DNA of 64,000 bases, from sequence record OL960581; one strand, 5' to 3'. Under the pieces are notes generated by a model that worked only from the letters and a program-made list of their open reading frames with translations, did no database searches and was not told where the DNA came from. This DNA is from Escherichia phage vB_EcoM_SA20RB. A program made the translations under genes and the position numbers. This document shows, piece after piece, positions 9,856-20,120 of the stretch. Every line of letters begins with the position of its first letter. The stretch's first letter is position 1.

Positions 9856-11030
9856 TGAGTATGTTGCAACGCCCAGGATATCCAAATCTCAGCGTTAAAT
9901 TATTTGATAGCTACGACGCTTGGAGTAATAATAGATTTGTTGAATTAGCTGCTACTATTACCACATTAACTATGCGGGATTCTCTTTATGGCCGAAATGA
10001 AGGAATGCTGCAGTTTTATGATTCTAAAAATATCCATACAAAAATGGATGGAAATGAAATAATTCAGATTTCTGTAGCTAATGCAAACGATATTAATAAT
10101 GTTAAAACACGAATTTATGGATGTAAGCATTTTTCCGTGTCAGTAGATTCAAAGGGTGATAACATCATTGCTATTGAATTGGGAACTATTCATTCTATAG
10201 AAAATCTTAAATTTGGCAGACCGTTTTTCCCTGATGCAGGTGAATCTATAAAGGAAATGCTTGGCGTCATTTATCAAGATCGCACATTATTAACTCCAGC
10301 GATAAATGCTATAAATGCTTATGTTCCTGATATTCCGTGGACTAGCACATTTGAAAACTATTTGTCGTATGTCAGAGAAGTTGCTCTAGCTGTAGGAAGT
10401 GACAAATTTGTGTTTGTGTGGCAAGACATCATGGGAGTTAACATGATGGACTATGATATGATGATAAATCAAGAACCGTATCCAATGATTGTCGGTGAGC
10501 CATCTTTAATAGGCCAATTCATCCAAGAATTAAAATATCCATTAGCATATGATTTCGTTTGGTTGACTAAATCGAATCCTCACAAACGTGACCCAATGAA
10601 AAACGCTACTATCTATGCGCATTCATTTTTAGATTCTTCATTGCCAATGATTACTACAGGAAAGGGCGAAAACTCTATTGTAGTGTCAAGGTCAGGTGCT
10701 TATTCTGAAATGACTTATAGGAATGGATATGAAGAAGCTATTCGTCTTCAAACTATGGCACAATACGATGGCTATGCTAAATGTTCTACTGTCGGTAATT
10801 TTAACTTGACTCCTGGCGTTAAAATTATTTTTAATGATAGTAAAAACCAATTTAAAACAGAATTTTACGTTGATGAAGTTATCCATGAATTATCTAATAA
10901 TAATTCAGTAACTCATTTATATATGTTCACTAATGCAACGAAACTGGAAACAATAGACCCAGTTAAGGTTAAAAATGAATTTAAATCTGATACTACCACT
11001 GAAGAAAGTAGTTCTTCCAATAAGCAATAA
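9855..11030 (+). CDS. 27: baseplate hub protein gp27
   Basis: 391 aa as in T4. Confidence 0.9.
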   Translation: MSMLQRPGYPNLSVKLFDSYDAWSNNRFVELAATITTLTMRDSLYGRNEGMLQFYDSKNIHTKMDGNEIIQISVANANDINNVKTRIYGCKHFSVSVDSKGDNIIAIELGTIHSIENLKFGRPFFPDAGESIKEMLGVIYQDRTLLTPAINAINAYVPDIPWTSTFENYLSYVREVALAVGSDKFVFVWQDIMGVNMMDYDMMINQEPYPMIVGEPSLIGQFIQELKYPLAYDFVWLTKSNPHKRDPMKNATIYAHSFLDSSLPMITTGKGENSIVVSRSGAYSEMTYRNGYEEAIRLQTMAQYDGYAKCSTVGNFNLTPGVKIIFNDSKNQFKTEFYVDEVIHELSNNNSVTHLYMFTNATKLETIDPVKVKNEFKSDTTTEESSSSNKQ

Positions 11031-11508
11031 AGAAGTTTCTATTCCTAAAATGGGTCTTAAACATTATAACATTTTAAAAGATGTTAAAGGTCCTGATGAA
11101 AATTTAAAACTTCTTATTGATTCTATTTGCCCGAATTTATCACCAGCAGAAGTTGATTTCGTTTCCATTCATTTATTGGAATTTAATGGAAAGATTAAAT
11201 CTCGTAAAGAAATAGATGGTTATACTTATGACATTAATGATGTTTATGTATGCCAAAGATTAGAATTTCAATACCAAGGAAATACATTTTATTTTAGACC
11301 TCCTGGAAAATTTGAACAATTTTTAACGGTGAGCGATATGTTATCCAAATGCTTGCTTAAGGTCAATGATGAAGTTAAAGAAATTAATTTTCTTGAGATG
11401 CCAGCATTCGTTTTAAAATGGGCAAATGATATTTTTACAACTTTAGCAATTCCTGGCCCTAATGGTCCAATAACCGGAATTGGCAATATTATTGGATTAT
11501 TTGAATGA
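10975..11508 (+). CDS. 28: baseplate hub distal subunit gp28
   Basis: 177 aa as in T4; overlaps the gene 27 3-prime end. Confidence 0.8.
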   Translation: MNLNLILPLKKVVLPISNKEVSIPKMGLKHYNILKDVKGPDENLKLLIDSICPNLSPAEVDFVSIHLLEFNGKIKSRKEIDGYTYDINDVYVCQRLEFQYQGNTFYFRPPGKFEQFLTVSDMLSKCLLKVNDEVKEINFLEMPAFVLKWANDIFTTLAIPGPNGPITGIGNIIGLFE

Positions 11509-13277
11509 AAAAGCCACAAGAAATGCAAACGATGCGTAGAAAAGTTATTTCAGATAATAAACCAACACAGGAAGCAGCTAAATCCGCTTCTAACACTTTA
11601 TCTGGACTTAACGATATATCTACGAAATTGGATGATGCTCAAGCTGCTTCTGAATTAATTGCTCAAACTGTCGAAGAAAAATCGAATGAAATAATTGGAG
11701 CAATTGACAATGTAGAAAGCGCAGTGAGTGATACTACTGCTGGTTCTGAGTTAATTGCTGAAACTGTCGAAATTGGCAATAATATTAATAAAGAAATCGG
11801 TGAATCGCTCGGAAGTAAATTAGATAAATTAACAAGTTTACTCGAGCAAAAAATCCAGACAGCCGGAATTCAACAAACAGGAACTAGTTTAGCTACGGTT
11901 GAAAGCGCTATTCCTGTTAAAGTTGTTGAGGACGATACAGCTGAATCTGTGGGTCCTTTATTACCGGCTCCTGAAGCAGTTAATAATGATCCTGATGCTG
12001 ATTTTTTCCCTACCCCTCAGCCAGTTGAACCTAAACAAGAATCGCCAGAAGAAAAACAGAAAAAAGACGCATTTAACTTAAAATTATCTCAAGCTTTAGA
12101 TAAATTAACAAAGACTGTTGATTTTGGATTTAAGAAATCTATTTCAATTACTGATAAAATATCAAGCATGTTATTTAAGTATACCGTCAGTGCTGCTATT
12201 GAAGCCGCTAAAATGACTGCAATGATATTGGCTGTTGTTGTTGGAATAGATCTGCTGATGGTTCATTTCAAATATTGGTCAGATAAATTTTCGCAGGCTT
12301 GGGATTTGTTTAGTTCAAACTTTACTAAATTCTCTAGCGAAACCGGAACATGGGGTCCTTTATTACAGAGCATCTTTAGTTCTATTGATGAAATTAAAAA
12401 ATTCTGGGAAGAGGGAGATTGGGGCGGTTTGACGGTAGCTATTGTAGAAGGGCTTGGAAAGGTTCTTTATAATTTAGGAGAACTTATTCAGCTTGGAATG
12501 GCTAAATTATCTGCTGCAATTCTTCGAGTCATTCCTGGCATGAAGGATACCGCTGATGAAGTAGAAGGAAGAGCACTAGAAAATTTCCAAAATTCTACTG
12601 GAGCATCTCTCAATAAAGAAGACCAGGAAAAAGTTGCAAATTATCAAGATAAACGAATGAACGGAGACCTTGGTCCGATAGCAAAAGGATTAGATAAAAT
12701 TGCTAATTGGAAAACTCGTGCATCTAACTGGATTCGTGGCGTTGATAATAAAGAAGCACTAACTACCGACGAAGAACGCGCAGCAGAAGAAGAAAAATTA
12801 AAGCAACTTTCACCAGAAGAAAGAAAAAATGCTTTAATGAAGGCTAATGAAGCCCGGGCCGCGATGATTCGTTTTGAAAAATATGCTGATTCAGCTGATA
12901 TGAGTAAAGACTCAACGGTTAAATCAGTTGAAGCTGCCTATGAAGACCTTAAAAAACGGATGGATGACCCGGATTTAAATAATTCACCGGCAGTTAAAAA
13001 AGAACTTGCTGCTAGATTTTCTAAAATTGATGCTACTTATCAAGAGCTCAAGAAAAATCAGCCTAATGCCAAACCTGAAACTTCTGCTAAATCGCCAGAA
13101 GCAAAACAAGTCCAGGTAATAGAAAAGAACAAAGCACAGCAAGCTCCTGTTCAACAAGCATCTCCTTCAATCAATAATACTAATAATGTTATTAAGAAAA
13201 ATACTGTCGTTCATAATATGACACCCGTAACGAGCACGACTGCTCCTGGTGTATTTGATGCGACCGGAGTTAATTAA
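11505..13277 (+). CDS. 29: tail tube tape-measure / baseplate hub protein gp29
   Basis: 590 aa as in T4. Confidence 0.9.
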   Translation: MKKPQEMQTMRRKVISDNKPTQEAAKSASNTLSGLNDISTKLDDAQAASELIAQTVEEKSNEIIGAIDNVESAVSDTTAGSELIAETVEIGNNINKEIGESLGSKLDKLTSLLEQKIQTAGIQQTGTSLATVESAIPVKVVEDDTAESVGPLLPAPEAVNNDPDADFFPTPQPVEPKQESPEEKQKKDAFNLKLSQALDKLTKTVDFGFKKSISITDKISSMLFKYTVSAAIEAAKMTAMILAVVVGIDLLMVHFKYWSDKFSQAWDLFSSNFTKFSSETGTWGPLLQSIFSSIDEIKKFWEEGDWGGLTVAIVEGLGKVLYNLGELIQLGMAKLSAAILRVIPGMKDTADEVEGRALENFQNSTGASLNKEDQEKVANYQDKRMNGDLGPIAKGLDKIANWKTRASNWIRGVDNKEALTTDEERAAEEEKLKQLSPEERKNALMKANEARAAMIRFEKYADSADMSKDSTVKSVEAAYEDLKKRMDDPDLNNSPAVKKELAARFSKIDATYQELKKNQPNAKPETSAKSPEAKQVQVIEKNKAQQAPVQQASPSINNTNNVIKKNTVVHNMTPVTSTTAPGVFDATGVN

Positions 13278-13285
13278 GGAATAAT

Positions 13286-14380
13286 ATGGCAATTGTTAAA
13301 GAAATAACTGCTGATTTAATTAAAAAGTCCGGTGAGAAAATTTCAGCCGGACAGAGTACTAAATCAGAAGTAGCAACTAAAACATACACTGCCCAGTTTC
13401 CAACTGGGCGTGCTAGTGGTAATGACACTACAGGGGACTTCCAGGTAACAGATCTATATAAGAATGGATTATTATTTACTGCATACAATATGTCATCTAG
13501 GGATTCTGGAAGTCTTAGATCGATGAGATCTAACTACTCTTCTTCATCTTCGAGTATTTTAAGTACAGCTAGAAACACTATTAGTAGTACAGTATCAAAA
13601 CTATCAAATGGATTAATATCAAACAATAATTCAGGAACAATAAGTAAAGCTCCTGTGGCAAATATTCTTTTGCCGAGATCTAAATCTGATGTTGATACAT
13701 CATCACACCGATTTAATGATGTTCAAGAAAGTCTTATCAGCAGAGGCGGAGGTACTGCTACTGGCGTGTTAAGTAATATTGCTTCAACTGCAGTATTTGG
13801 TGCGCTAGAAAGTATAACACAAGGTATAATGGCTGATAATAATGAACAGATTTATACGACAGCCAGAAGTATGTATGGCGGTGCTGAGAATAGAACTAAA
13901 GTGTTTACATGGGATTTGACTCCACGTTCAACAGAAGATTTAATGGCTATTATTAATATCTATCAATATTTTAACTATTTTTCTTATGGTGAAACGGGCA
14001 AATCTCAATATGCTGCTGAAATAAAGGGGTATTTGGATGATTGGTATCGTTCTACGTTAATTGAACCTTTATCTCCGGAAGACGCAGCTAAAAATAAAAC
14101 GCTATTTGAGAAAATGACATCGAGTTTAACTAACGTTCTAGTAGTTTCAAACCCGACAATTTGGATGGTGAAAAACTTTGGTGCAACATCTAAGTTTGAT
14201 GGAAAAACGGAAATATTTGGCCCATGCCAAATACAGAGCATCAGATTTGATAAAACACCTAATGGTAACTTTAACGGATTAGCTATTGCTCCAAACCTCC
14301 CTAGTACATTTACTCTTGAGATTACTATGAGAGAAATTATCACGTTAAACCGTGCTTCTTTATATGCGGGGACTTTTTAA
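13286..14380 (+). CDS. 48: baseplate tail-tube junction protein gp48
   Basis: 364 aa as in T4. Confidence 0.9.
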   Translation: MAIVKEITADLIKKSGEKISAGQSTKSEVATKTYTAQFPTGRASGNDTTGDFQVTDLYKNGLLFTAYNMSSRDSGSLRSMRSNYSSSSSSILSTARNTISSTVSKLSNGLISNNNSGTISKAPVANILLPRSKSDVDTSSHRFNDVQESLISRGGGTATGVLSNIASTAVFGALESITQGIMADNNEQIYTTARSMYGGAENRTKVFTWDLTPRSTEDLMAIINIYQYFNYFSYGETGKSQYAAEIKGYLDDWYRSTLIEPLSPEDAAKNKTLFEKMTSSLTNVLVVSNPTIWMVKNFGATSKFDGKTEIFGPCQIQSIRFDKTPNGNFNGLAIAPNLPSTFTLEITMREIITLNRASLYAGTF

Positions 14381-15345
14381 TGTATTCTTTAGAGGAATTT
14401 AATAATCAAGCAATAAACGCAGATTTCCAACGTAATAATATGTTTAGCTGCGTTTTTGCGACAACTCCATCAACTAAAAGCTCTTCGTTGATAAGTTCAA
14501 TTAGCAACTTTTCTTATAATAACTTGGGTCTAAATTCAGATTGGTTAGGATTGACTCAAGGCGATATTAATCAGGGAATTACCACGCTAATTACTGCTGG
14601 CACACAAAAACTGATAAGAAAATCAGGGGTTAGTAAATATCTTATTGGTGCCATGAGTCAACGCACAGTTCAAAGTTTATTGGGCTCATTTACAGTTGGT
14701 ACATATTTAATTGACTTCTTTAACATGGCATATAACTCATCTGGATTGATGATATATTCTGTAAAAATGCCAGAGAATAGATTATCCTATGAAACTGACT
14801 GGAACTATAATTCTCCTAATATTCGTATAACTGGGAGAGAATTAGACCCTTTGGTTATTTCATTTAGAATGGATTCAGAAGCTTGTAACTATCGTGCAAT
14901 GCAAGACTGGGTTAACGCTGTTCAAGACCCAGTAACTGGATTGCGTGCTTTGCCACAAGATGTCGAGGCAGATATTCAGGTTAATCTTCATGCTCGTAAT
15001 GGATTACCTCATACTGCGGTGATGTTCACTGGATGCATTCCAGTGTCAGTGAGCGCTCCTGAGTTATCATATGATGGAGATAACCAAATAACTACATTTG
15101 ATGTTACTTTTGCGTATAGAGTCATGCAGGCTGGGTCGGTTGATAGACAAGCTGCGCTTGAATGGCTTGAATCTGCTGCTATAAACGGTATTCAAAGCGT
15201 TCTTGGAAATAGTGGAGGTGTTACTGGACTATCTAATTCGCTTTCACGACTTAGTAGATTAGGAGGAACTGCTGGAAGCATTTCAAACATTAATACTATG
15301 ACGGGAATTGTCAACTCGCAAAGTAAAATATTAGGAGCAATATAA
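14380..15345 (+). CDS. 54: baseplate tail-tube initiator gp54
   Basis: 321 aa (T4 about 320). Confidence 0.9.
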   Translation: MYSLEEFNNQAINADFQRNNMFSCVFATTPSTKSSSLISSISNFSYNNLGLNSDWLGLTQGDINQGITTLITAGTQKLIRKSGVSKYLIGAMSQRTVQSLLGSFTVGTYLIDFFNMAYNSSGLMIYSVKMPENRLSYETDWNYNSPNIRITGRELDPLVISFRMDSEACNYRAMQDWVNAVQDPVTGLRALPQDVEADIQVNLHARNGLPHTAVMFTGCIPVSVSAPELSYDGDNQITTFDVTFAYRVMQAGSVDRQAALEWLESAAINGIQSVLGNSGGVTGLSNSLSRLSRLGGTAGSISNINTMTGIVNSQSKILGAI

Positions 15346-15349
15346 CAAT

Positions 15350-15378
15350 GGGGACCTTTCGGTCCCCATATTTTTATT
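15350..15378 (+). terminator. terminator hairpin GGGGACC-TTTC-GGTCCCC after gene 54
   Basis: 7-bp GC stem followed by ATATTTTTATTT. Confidence 0.7.
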
Positions 15379-15664
15379 TACGGAATGAAATAAAAGCAGC
15401 AACTGAAGCAACTAAACTGTCTTCAATATAAACTTCAATTTTTACCGGAGCTTCTGACTCAAATTTACCTGTTACTACACCTTGGAAAATGCTTTCAGTC
15501 TGTTCTGGCTTTGAAAAATTTTCAGAAGGAAAAATTCCGAACTTTTTATCTGTTCCAAAAATTTTGATAAATTCATCGTAAACCGCTTCATTAAAAGCAT
15601 TATCAGCAGGAATAACGCCTTCAACTACGAGTTCTTGACCTAAAAAGCGCAAAGAAGATTTCAT
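15374..15664 (-). CDS. hypothetical protein (alt-distal ORF)
   Basis: 96-aa ORF; SD AGGA; early promoter immediately upstream. Confidence 0.6.
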   Translation of the reverse strand: MKSSLRFLGQELVVEGVIPADNAFNEAVYDEFIKIFGTDKKFGIFPSENFSKPEQTESIFQGVVTGKFESEAPVKIEVYIEDSLVASVAAFISFRK

Positions 15665-15695
15665 TTTGTGTTCCTCATGTTATATCAGTAAGTCT

Positions 15696-15725
15696 ACTAT
15701 AACACAACATGAGGGACTTGTAAAC
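15696..15725 (-). promoter_or_regulatory. T4-type early promoter
   Basis: Minus strand reads GTTTACA, 17 nt, TATAGT. Confidence 0.6.
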
Positions 15726-17782
15726 TACATCTTGAACTTTTTAGACATTCCGTTGATGTTAACCAAAGAAGCTAAGATTTGAGAAACTTCGTTTTCCTCT
15801 TCTTTTGATTCTTCTACAAGGAATTGGTTAAATCCAGTCATTGGACGAACTTCACCAGTTTCCATCAGATGATCGCCATCATATACCGATTCTTCTAATT
15901 GTTCAGAAGGAGGAACGATTGTGCCTTCGATTAGATACTTGTTATAAGCAGTTTCTTTCATCATGTACGTGCTTACTTTATTAATCTTCAACAAAATTCC
16001 ACGCGGTAAAATAACTTCAGCTTCTGATGGAAATCCTGATAAATGACCTGGAACGATAACTTTAATTCGCTCAGCTCCTTTTATTACCATACCTACGCTA
16101 GTTTCAGCATCTTCATTAGCATATGCAGAATGACTACCCATATGCATTAAATCTTCAGCATCAACGGAACCTTCTCCTTCACCAGAAAATACTGCACCGG
16201 AATCATCTAGAGCCATATAGTTTTTACCATGCTCACCGAAGATATTTGGTTTAAGCGATGTTGATACGAAGTTCTTGAAATAGAACATTTTATTTTCAAT
16301 ATTATGACGTAAAGTTTTAAAGGTAACTTCTTGTCCACGGTAAAGTGTAGTTCCTGGAGGAAGAACTGATCCTTTGGCAAAGGCAGAATCCATTGTCTCG
16401 ATGTGTTTAATAGCTCGTTCCATGTATTCTTCACGGGTAGAATCTGGTTTACCCAAGAGGAACGAGTTCATTTCAACATATGAATCTGCACAATAATCTT
16501 CAATTACATCAGACTCAGCCTGAGTCAGTCCTTTTGGAGTTACTTCGGTGCTTGCGTATTCATATGCCTGAGCAGCAGATTCATTAATCAATTTATAAAT
16601 GCTATTCATGACAAATTGAATAATAGCTACTTTTTCGTCTGGCGTGGCTTTAGAACCTTTAACTAAATCATTGATAATTTTCTTAATAACATCAAAGCTA
16701 TTAGAAATATTAATGTCAGCGAGATCGCTTAAAATTTTATCAGTTTTATAATCAAAAAATTCTTTATTCTTTAAATATTCTTTAGAACCTTGATATGTTA
16801 TATCGCTCTGCAGCTTGATAGATGGATCACGTAAACGTGCATGGGCCAATGCAATATGATTTCGGAAGCTTTCTAGTTCATAATCGTTAGATTTAAAACG
16901 AGAAGCACTTCTCATACCACCGATAGCTCCTTTGCCGAAGTTTGAACCAATCTGAATAACACCAGAGTTCATTGGTCCTTCTGCTTTATATACCGGAACT
17001 TTAGATTCAAACTCTTGATATTTCTTGGCAGCGAAGCTATCACCCTGAAGTGAAGCATCGACAGTAGAATATTGAGCTTGTGCTGCTAATCGACGACTAA
17101 TTTTAGTTTTCTGAATAACAGCTTGATCCGTGCGCTTATCATTTTCTAAAGCAATAGAAGCAGCAACAGCAACAGCTTTAGGAACAGCATTACCTGTTTT
17201 AACATCTACATAAACATCACCAACCTTTGATTCAACTTTTGTGAATAACTCAGTTGAAATAGGAGGTACACCTGGAATGTCTTCTAAATTGGCATTTTTA
17301 CGGTAAACCATAATATATGCATACTTTTTATCATAATCCCAAATTTCCTTTAAAAGAACATATCGACCTGCTCCTTTAGTACGTACTAAACGGTCAGCAA
17401 TAACTTGCATTTGACGAGCAGCGCCATTTGTTTTACTTTTTAGTACGCGGAATAGGCATGCGTCAATTTTATACTGTTTCATTGTTTGAAGAGCAGTATC
17501 AAAAACCGCATTAATGACACCAATTGGATTTCCACCCAAGTTTTTAAGTTTAACGAGCGATAGTTTCTCATTGACACCTATCATTACGATATGCATCATT
17601 TTATCGCCTGGCTTAACGTTTTTATTTGTATCACCGCCAGAGGTGTATGTACAAAATCTAAATCCAGGAAGCACACTTTCTTCGCCGGCTTGAATAGCAA
17701 AAATTTGAGGTATTTTATGCTTAGGATTTAAGTTAACAACCGGCGCCGAAGCGCCGTCAAATAATTCTGTAATAAGTTCCAT
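15725..17782 (-). CDS. Alt-family ADP-ribosyltransferase paralogue (possibly the ORF called alt.-2 in T4-type genomes)
   Basis: 685 aa; N-terminus MELITELFD... shared with the adjacent Alt; C-terminal region with an R...STS...E ART-like signature. Confidence 0.8.
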   Translation of the reverse strand: MELITELFDGASAPVVNLNPKHKIPQIFAIQAGEESVLPGFRFCTYTSGGDTNKNVKPGDKMMHIVMIGVNEKLSLVKLKNLGGNPIGVINAVFDTALQTMKQYKIDACLFRVLKSKTNGAARQMQVIADRLVRTKGAGRYVLLKEIWDYDKKYAYIMVYRKNANLEDIPGVPPISTELFTKVESKVGDVYVDVKTGNAVPKAVAVAASIALENDKRTDQAVIQKTKISRRLAAQAQYSTVDASLQGDSFAAKKYQEFESKVPVYKAEGPMNSGVIQIGSNFGKGAIGGMRSASRFKSNDYELESFRNHIALAHARLRDPSIKLQSDITYQGSKEYLKNKEFFDYKTDKILSDLADINISNSFDVIKKIINDLVKGSKATPDEKVAIIQFVMNSIYKLINESAAQAYEYASTEVTPKGLTQAESDVIEDYCADSYVEMNSFLLGKPDSTREEYMERAIKHIETMDSAFAKGSVLPPGTTLYRGQEVTFKTLRHNIENKMFYFKNFVSTSLKPNIFGEHGKNYMALDDSGAVFSGEGEGSVDAEDLMHMGSHSAYANEDAETSVGMVIKGAERIKVIVPGHLSGFPSEAEVILPRGILLKINKVSTYMMKETAYNKYLIEGTIVPPSEQLEESVYDGDHLMETGEVRPMTGFNQFLVEESKEEENEVSQILASLVNINGMSKKFKM

Positions 17783-17785
17783 GAT

Positions 17786-19882
17786 TTATCCTTGAACGAA
17801 CTTGTAAGGCATGTTTGCAATATCTATGCAAGATGCAATAATTCCAAGAGATGATTCTACTTTTTGTTTAACATTTGATGAAACAAATGATGCAAAGTCA
17901 ACTCTGTCTTCTATTTCAATATCACCTGTCATTGCAACTACTTCACCAGTTTCCATTAGACGGTCACCGTCATAAATTACTGATTCGGTGAGTTCTTCCG
18001 TAGTCATAACTTCAGCTTGAATGAGTTTTGTATTATTAGATGTTGTTCCGTCATTATTAGAAGCATCAGTTATTTTATTAACTTTGACCATCAATCCGCG
18101 TGGTAGAATTACTTCAGCTTCTGTTGCTATTCCTAGACTTCCTGGATATACAACATTAACTTTATGAGCTCCATCAATTGCCCATCCTATTTGAACTTTA
18201 ACGTATTCAGGATTTTCTTTATACGCTCTTATTTCGTTTGGATTAATAGTTATTCCTTCTTCATTTTTATCAACTGTCAATTCATTACGAGCTTCTGGTT
18301 CTAAAAGACCAATACCAGCATGTGTAATTCCAAAACGTCCAAAAATGATAGGAGTTAAAGAAGTAGATACAAAATTTCTGAAATAGAACACTTTATTTTT
18401 AACTAGTGCTTCGTATATAGGAGCAGTCATGCTTTGAGCACGATAAACTGTAATGCCTTCTGGTATACGATCACCATTTTCAAAAGCTGAATCTAAGTTA
18501 TTTATAGCAGATTCAATTTCTTTTTCACTCATTACATCATATCGTTCTGGATTGTAACGACCCAAAAGAAGATTATTGATGTCAGTATATCCTGAACCAC
18601 AATACTCTCTAATGCCGCGCTTTTGTGATGGAGTATATTTAGAACCATCACGGGCAATAGTAATATCAATCATTGGACCTGCACCAATTCCAGAAAAGCT
18701 ATAAATCATTCTTTTAAGGAATTTAGTTTTTGCTGCGTTCCAGGAATTTTTAGTTATTTCTTCCCAGACTTCATCTGGCTGCCCTTTACGAGTTTTATTA
18801 TGTTTATCAAGCCAATTATCTTTATATTCTTCAAAGAATTGATTAACAGCTGCTGCGTATTTCTCTAAACATTTTATTGAAGTAGTTGGTTCATTTTTAA
18901 TCGCATTAAGAATTACATCTTTAATTTTTTCAGAAACTTCATTAACCTCACTTTTTGAAAAGAATTTATAATCATAGTGAAGTTCATTTGCAGTTCCTTC
19001 AGCAATAATTTTTGCTGTCTTTGTTTTAGAAGCTAATGAATTAATTCCAAGCTTCATTTCTTCTGCTTCGGGAATTAAAGGAGCGGTAGCAGGTTTATTG
19101 AAATTAGCTGCGGTAGATTCATACTTCTGGAATAATTCACTTTCAAATCTAGAAGATTCTAATGATTGACTTTGCGCAATTGCTCTACGGGAAATTTTAA
19201 CTTTAACGATTACAGCTTGGTCAGAACGTTTATCATTTTCTTGCGCAATAGATGCAGCAATTGCCTCATTTTTAGTTACTTGAGCTCCAGTATCTTTATT
19301 GATATAAACATCACCAACCTTCGATTCAACTTTAGTAAAGAGCTCGGTACTAATTTCCGGAACTCCTGGAATGTCTTCTAGTGATACATTTTTGCGATGT
19401 ATAAGAATATATGCATACTTTTTATCGTAATCCCAAAGTTCCTTAAGAAGGACGTATCTGCCGCCTGAGCGACTACGGATAAGTCTATCAGCAATAAGTT
19501 GAATTTGACGAGCTTGACCAGCAGTTTTAGACTTAAGAATACGGAGCATGCAGGCATCAATTTTATACTGACGCATCGTCTGCATCGCAACAGTAAAAAC
19601 TGAATTGATGTAATTAATTGGGCTTGGACCGAGACCTTTTAATTTAGCAATTGAACCTTTAGCAGTTAATGTAAAAGGAACAATATGCATCATTTTATCG
19701 CCCATTTTTAAATCGCGATTAGTATCACCTCCAGATGTATAGGTACATAAACGAAAGCCTGGTTGTTCAATTGCGTCATCAACATGAACTGAAAAAATTT
19801 GCGGTATTTTCTTCTTTGGATTTAAGTTTGTAATCGGAAGAGTAGTATCTTCGTCAAATAATTCTGTAATGAGTTCCATCAT
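17786..19882 (-). CDS. alt: Alt ADP-ribosyltransferase (packaged head protein)
   Basis: 698-aa ORF (697 if the second Met is used); adjacent to gene 30 as in T4; late promoter upstream. Confidence 0.85.
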   Translation of the reverse strand: MMELITELFDEDTTLPITNLNPKKKIPQIFSVHVDDAIEQPGFRLCTYTSGGDTNRDLKMGDKMMHIVPFTLTAKGSIAKLKGLGPSPINYINSVFTVAMQTMRQYKIDACMLRILKSKTAGQARQIQLIADRLIRSRSGGRYVLLKELWDYDKKYAYILIHRKNVSLEDIPGVPEISTELFTKVESKVGDVYINKDTGAQVTKNEAIAASIAQENDKRSDQAVIVKVKISRRAIAQSQSLESSRFESELFQKYESTAANFNKPATAPLIPEAEEMKLGINSLASKTKTAKIIAEGTANELHYDYKFFSKSEVNEVSEKIKDVILNAIKNEPTTSIKCLEKYAAAVNQFFEEYKDNWLDKHNKTRKGQPDEVWEEITKNSWNAAKTKFLKRMIYSFSGIGAGPMIDITIARDGSKYTPSQKRGIREYCGSGYTDINNLLLGRYNPERYDVMSEKEIESAINNLDSAFENGDRIPEGITVYRAQSMTAPIYEALVKNKVFYFRNFVSTSLTPIIFGRFGITHAGIGLLEPEARNELTVDKNEEGITINPNEIRAYKENPEYVKVQIGWAIDGAHKVNVVYPGSLGIATEAEVILPRGLMVKVNKITDASNNDGTTSNNTKLIQAEVMTTEELTESVIYDGDRLMETGEVVAMTGDIEIEDRVDFASFVSSNVKQKVESSLGIIASCIDIANMPYKFVQG

Positions 19883-19902
19883 ATCCTCTCTAGTGTTTAT
19901 TC

Positions 19903-19910
19903 TATTTATA
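19903..19910 (-). promoter_or_regulatory. late promoter TATAAATA for alt
   Basis: Exact TATAAATA on the minus strand about 20 nt upstream of the alt ATG. Confidence 0.6.
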
Positions 19911-19931
19911 AAATTAAAGGCCCGAAGGCCT

Positions 19932-20120
19932 TTAATAATCTATTGGTAAGAGAGTACGATATATTTCAAACTTTGGACCTTTTTCGTAGGCATCAAATGT
20001 TTCTGTAAATTTATTATAAGCATATGCATCTATAAATTCAATCATAATTTGTGATACAGAAGTAGAAACATCTCCACCTTCTTTTTGAGCAACGACAATT
20101 GTTTCTAAGTAAGCTTTCAT
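19932..20120 (-). CDS. hypothetical protein
   Basis: 62-aa ORF whose start overlaps the gene 30 stop. Confidence 0.5.
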   Translation of the reverse strand: MKAYLETIVVAQKEGGDVSTSVSQIMIEFIDAYAYNKFTETFDAYEKGPKFEIYRTLLPIDY

